Assembly (NCBI GenBank): GCA_038240405.1
Contig: JBBSDT010000001.1
Coordinates: 1-31,124, forward strand
Length of the DNA: 31,124 bases
Direction: 5' to 3'
Source of the DNA: Ignavibacteria bacterium
GTDB taxonomy: Bacteria; Bacteroidota; Ignavibacteria; Tepidaquicellales; Tepidaquicellaceae
The notes beneath the pieces were generated by a model. It ran no database searches. It was not told the origin of the DNA and saw only the letters and a program-made list of their open reading frames with translations. The number at the start of each line of letters is the position of its first letter. Position 1 is the stretch's first letter. The position numbers and the translations under genes were made by a program. Of the stretch, positions 27,266 through 31,124 are shown piece by piece.

Positions 27266-28312
27266 TTACTTTATCAACGCCATCCTTTTTGTTTCAGTAA
27301 ATTTTTTACTTCCTGCAAGACTGACAGACATGCTGTAATAATATATTCCGCTGGGAAAATTTATGGCATTCCAGTCAATCTCATAGACACCGGCATTTTG
27401 CTTTCCTTCTGCCAAAACTTTCACTTCATTTCCCAATATATCAAAAACAACTATTCTGACGTCGTATAATCCCCCGCCAATATTATTTTGATTAATGAAG
27501 GGCAATTCATAATTAATTTTTGTATCAGGATTAAATGGATTGGGAAAGTTTTGTTTCAGGGAAAATACAGTAGGAATTTCCGAAGAAATATTACTAACCG
27601 AAGTAATCCAGCCATTATATAATACCTGCAGAGAATCGATCGGATCTCTCCCGAAAGGTGTGGTGAGGACTTTCAGATCCAGATAAAGAACTCCGGAAGT
27701 ATCACCCGGCTTTGCTACTCTTATGAATGAAGATTTAGATGATGTATTCCAGCTTGCGCAGCGCGTGTCGGCGCCGACTACTTTTGCCCCCTGCAGAGCT
27801 GCCATTAACTTTGCAGCAAGCGTACCCGGAGTATTCAGAAATCTTAAACGCATTGAGTCAAGTATCTGCTGACCCATCAGGATATTTCCCTGGATAGAGT
27901 AGTTTGGTCCCGTGATATGATTCTTATAATCCAGACAATTAACACCTGTATACGCAGCAACTCTTCCGCCGTTAACAAGATCAACAATTCCGTATTGCCT
28001 CACTGTAGGGTTATTCTGGGCATCATGCAAAACAACTGAATCTATAATTGCCTGAGGAGAAAGATGAAGATTCATCAGGCTTCTGGCATAATTCTGGTTA
28101 GCGGCAAGCCAGGATGCCTGCGTATGAACTACACCATAACCAGGATGCACATCCGTAAGAATTGTGCAGTCATTGACACAGGAAGCGCCGGCACTACCCA
28201 CCTCGCCCGTTATAGGATCGATTGCACAAATTGAAAATGTGTCCTGGGCATTTAAATTATTATTAAGAAACAAAATAATAACCACCGTTAATATTGTAAA
28301 ATATTTTTTCAT
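27266..28312 (-). CDS. DUF1028 domain protein with T9SS type A sorting domain
   Basis: Signal peptide, TFSICAIDPITGEVG, QGNIL, GADTRC, QNFPNPFNP...RMALIK. Confidence 0.87.
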   Translation of the reverse strand: MKKYFTILTVVIILFLNNNLNAQDTFSICAIDPITGEVGSAGASCVNDCTILTDVHPGYGVVHTQASWLAANQNYARSLMNLHLSPQAIIDSVVLHDAQNNPTVRQYGIVDLVNGGRVAAYTGVNCLDYKNHITGPNYSIQGNILMGQQILDSMRLRFLNTPGTLAAKLMAALQGAKVVGADTRCASWNTSSKSSFIRVAKPGDTSGVLYLDLKVLTTPFGRDPIDSLQVLYNGWITSVSNISSEIPTVFSLKQNFPNPFNPDTKINYELPFINQNNIGGGLYDVRIVVFDILGNEVKVLAEGKQNAGVYEIDWNAINFPSGIYYYSMSVSLAGSKKFTETKRMALIK

Positions 28313-28393
28313 AATTTTGTATTCAGTTAGTTTTCCATTATTTATAATTTATAATTTATAATTTTTAATTTCCAGTATTTTCCTGTTTTATTT

Positions 28394-28427
28394 TAATTAC
28401 TGTTTTAATTTAATTACTGTTTTAATT
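28394..28427. repeat. 17-bp tandem duplication in a divergent intergenic region
   Basis: TAATTACTGTTTTAATT at 28394-28410 and 28411-28427. Confidence 0.85.
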
Positions 28428-28479
28428 CAAGATGTATTGGTATATCTTTAAAAAATTTAATAAGTTAATCTCAATCAAA

Positions 28480-31124
28480 ATGAAAAACCTCGAAATACTA
28501 AAATATATCCCTGTCATTATTTTCATATTTTTCTTTTCTTATGCCAACTCTAATGCTAATTGGCTAAAGTCTGAGAAAAATAATTCTACTCACCTTTCCC
28601 AGGCAGGGACTTTGAAAAAAAATGGAGATGTAAACACTCAAAACACTCAAAGCACAAATTCCGATTCACTTCCTGCCGGAGTAACAAAAGACTGGCTTAA
28701 CAGTCTTCGCGACGAAAACGGAAACAGAATAGTCCCTGATGAAACTGATGCACTTCAGAAGAAAATTTTTACAGGCTCTGCAGTGGGCGATAAGTATGGT
28801 TTATCCGTCTCCTCGGCAGGAGATGTCAATGCTGACGGATTTGATGATGTAATAATCGGCGCTCCTGAAAATGATGTGGGAGGTGTAAATGCCGGTAGAG
28901 CCTATATTTACTACGGAGCAATAGTAATGAGTACAATTCCTGATGTCATTCTTACCGGTGAAACCCCCGGTAGTTTTTTTGGATATTCAGTTTCTGAAGC
29001 CGGAGATGTTAACGGAGACGGATATTCCGATGTCATTGTTGGCGCATATGGCTATGTCACAAATACCGGAAGAGCATATATATACTATGGAGGGGCAGTA
29101 GTAAATAATGTCCCGGATGTCATTATGAACGGTGAAACAATAAATGATAATTTTGGATATTCTGTGTCATCTGCCGGAGATGTAAACGGAGACGGATTTT
29201 CTGATGTGATTGTGGGCGCTAGAGCATATAATTCAGCTACAGGAAGAGCATACATATACTTTGGTGGGACAGTAATGAATAATGTTGTTGATATTACTAT
29301 GACAGGTGAAGCTACCATCAATTTTTTTGGAGCTTCCGTCTCAGGAGCCGGAGATGTTAACGGAGACGGATATTCTGATGTTATCGTCGGGGCTTATGCG
29401 TATAGTTCAAATACAGGAAGAGCATACATATACTATGGCGGATCCATAATGAATAATGTTGCTGATGTTATTATGACCGGTGAAGCAATGAATAATAATT
29501 TTGGATATTCAGTATCTACAGCAGGAAATGTGAACGGAGACGGATATTCTGATGTGATTATCGGAGCGTACGGTTTTAGTTCATTGACGGGAAGAGCTTA
29601 CATTTACTACGGAAGCAGTGTAATGAATAATATTGCTGATGTTATTATAACAGGAGAATCTGCTGGTAATTACTTAGGATATTCAGTCTCAGATGCAGGA
29701 GATGTAAACGGAGATGGGTATTCTGATGTGATAGCCGGCGCTTTTGGATACAATGCTTCTACAGGCAGGGCCTACATATATTATGGGGGAACTGCAATGA
29801 ATAATATTGCCGATATAACTATGAATGGAGAAATAGCTTCTGGTAATTTTGGATGCTCAGTATCGACAGCAGGGGATGTAAACGGAGACGGATACTCGGA
29901 TGTGATAAGTGGCGCTTATGGATATAATTCATCTACAGGAAGAGCGTATGTATATACAAATACATTGTCCGGGGACGACATCCCGGATGTCACAGTCACG
30001 GGCGAAGGTGTGAATTATGAATTTGGATATTCAGTCTCAGGAGCAGGAGATGTAAACGGTGACGGATATTCGGATGTTATTGTAGGTGCGTACGGATATA
30101 GTTCAAATACAGGAAGAGCATACATTTACTACGGCGGCGCTGCAATGAATAATGTTGCTGATGTTACTATGACCGGTGAAACTACGAACAATCAATTTGG
30201 GGTTTCAGTCTCGGGGGCAGGAGATGTAAACGGTGACGGATATTCTGATGTGATTGTCGGGGCTTCCGGATATAGTTCAAATACAGGAAGAGCATACGTT
30301 TACTATGGAGGAGCCGTAATGAATAATGTAGCTGATGTTACTATGACAGGTGAAGTTGGTGGTTATTTATTTGGACATTCTGTCTCCGGAGCAGGCGATG
30401 TAAACGGTGACGGATATTCTGATGTTATAGTCGGGGCTTATACATATAGTTCAAGTACAGGAAGAGCTTACATTTACTATGGCGGCGCTTCAATGAATAA
30501 TGTTGCTGATGTTACTATGACGGGTGAAGCTGCGAATAATTATTTTGGAATTTCAGTCTCTGGAGCCGGAGATGTAAACAGTGACGGATATTCTGATGTG
30601 GTTGTCGGGGCTGATGGATATAGCTCAAATACAGGAAGAGCATATGTTTTTTACGGTGGAGCAAGTATGGATAATACAGCGGATGTAACAATGACAGGTG
30701 AAACTATAAACGATAATTTTGGAAATTCAGTCTCAGGAGCAGGAGATGTAAACGGTGACGGATATTCTGATGTTATAGTCGGGGCTTACCGATACAGTTC
30801 AAGTACAGGAAGAGCTTACATATATTATGGCGGCGCTTCAATGAATAATGTTGCTGATGTTACCATGACGGGTGAAGCTGCAAATGATCGTTTTGGAATT
30901 TCAGTCTCAGGAGCAGGAGATGTAAACGGTGACGGATATTCTGATGTGATTGTTGGTGCCTCTGGATACAGTTCGAATTCAAATACCGGAAGAGCATACA
31001 TATACTACGGCGGCGCTGCAATGAATACTGTTGCTGATGTTACTATGACAGGTGAATCTGTGAACCATGATTTTGGATATTCAGTCTCAGGAGCAGGAGA
31101 TGTAAACGGTGACGGATATTCTGA
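28480..31124 (+). CDS. Secreted FG-GAP (integrin-alpha-like) repeat protein, 3' end outside the window
   Basis: Translated by hand: open from ATG 28480 to the window end (881 codons); signal peptide; 14 FGxSVSxAGDVNGDGYSDVIVGA repeats, mostly 174 bp apart. Absent from the ORF track because it has no stop in the window. Confidence 0.95.
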   Translation, partial: MKNLEILKYIPVIIFIFFFSYANSNANWLKSEKNNSTHLSQAGTLKKNGDVNTQNTQSTNSDSLPAGVTKDWLNSLRDENGNRIVPDETDALQKKIFTGSAVGDKYGLSVSSAGDVNADGFDDVIIGAPENDVGGVNAGRAYIYYGAIVMSTIPDVILTGETPGSFFGYSVSEAGDVNGDGYSDVIVGAYGYVTNTGRAYIYYGGAVVNNVPDVIMNGETINDNFGYSVSSAGDVNGDGFSDVIVGARAYNSATGRAYIYFGGTVMNNVVDITMTGEATINFFGASVSGAGDVNGDGYSDVIVGAYAYSSNTGRAYIYYGGSIMNNVADVIMTGEAMNNNFGYSVSTAGNVNGDGYSDVIIGAYGFSSLTGRAYIYYGSSVMNNIADVIITGESAGNYLGYSVSDAGDVNGDGYSDVIAGAFGYNASTGRAYIYYGGTAMNNIADITMNGEIASGNFGCSVSTAGDVNGDGYSDVISGAYGYNSSTGRAYVYTNTLSGDDIPDVTVTGEGVNYEFGYSVSGAGDVNGDGYSDVIVGAYGYSSNTGRAYIYYGGAAMNNVADVTMTGETTNNQFGVSVSGAGDVNGDGYSDVIVGASGYSSNTGRAYVYYGGAVMNNVADVTMTGEVGGYLFGHSVSGAGDVNGDGYSDVIVGAYTYSSSTGRAYIYYGGASMNNVADVTMTGEAANNYFGISVSGAGDVNSDGYSDVVVGADGYSSNTGRAYVFYGGASMDNTADVTMTGETINDNFGNSVSGAGDVNGDGYSDVIVGAYRYSSSTGRAYIYYGGASMNNVADVTMTGEAANDRFGISVSGAGDVNGDGYSDVIVGASGYSSNSNTGRAYIYYGGAAMNTVADVTMTGESVNHDFGYSVSGAGDVNGDGYS

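Noticed and set aside
1238-29321. The many 60-112-aa track ORFs nested in or antisense to larger genes (e.g. 5904, 8866, 18303, 20871, 25561, 29085)
   Set aside because: Shadow frames of well-supported genes with no motifs of their own.
28480-31124. Diversity-generating retroelement acting on the FG-GAP gene
   Set aside because: No RT, Avd or non-coding template repeat is visible, and differences are not limited to adenines.

Overview
AT-rich bacterial chromosome window, probably Ignavibacteria (FCB group); this is inferred from the QNYPNPFNP-type C-terminal sorting domains and the gene content. It is mostly housekeeping and accessory enzymes: a penicillin-acylase family Ntn hydrolase, rsmA, tadA, an aldo/keto reductase, a membrane protein plus winged-HTH operon, a TPR/VOC/DUF899/DinB/PAP2 cluster, nbaC-nbaD (HAAO-ACMSD), an SDR, an M42 peptidase, rpiA, a frameshifted acid-sphingomyelinase-like phosphoesterase, a BNR-repeat T9SS cargo, tricorn protease, TMEM175, an LRR protein, a lipoprotein and DUF1028. 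A large FG-GAP repeat gene runs off the right end and is missing from the ORF track. No transposase, integrase, reverse transcriptase, cas, rRNA or intact tRNA gene was recognised. The most unusual signals are: (1) a 26-unit, 21-nt-phased degenerate array at 26.5-27.1 kb with a related array at the left edge; (2) a sphingomyelin-synthase-like gene about 4.5 kb from a sphingomyelinase-like gene; (3) FG-GAP blades homogenised in two separate blocks with hypervariable loops; (4) a 26-aa VOC stub coupled to dinB; (5) a CTG-initiated degenerate deacetylase; (6) a clear operator palindrome. All family calls come from motif recognition by eye, not from database searches.
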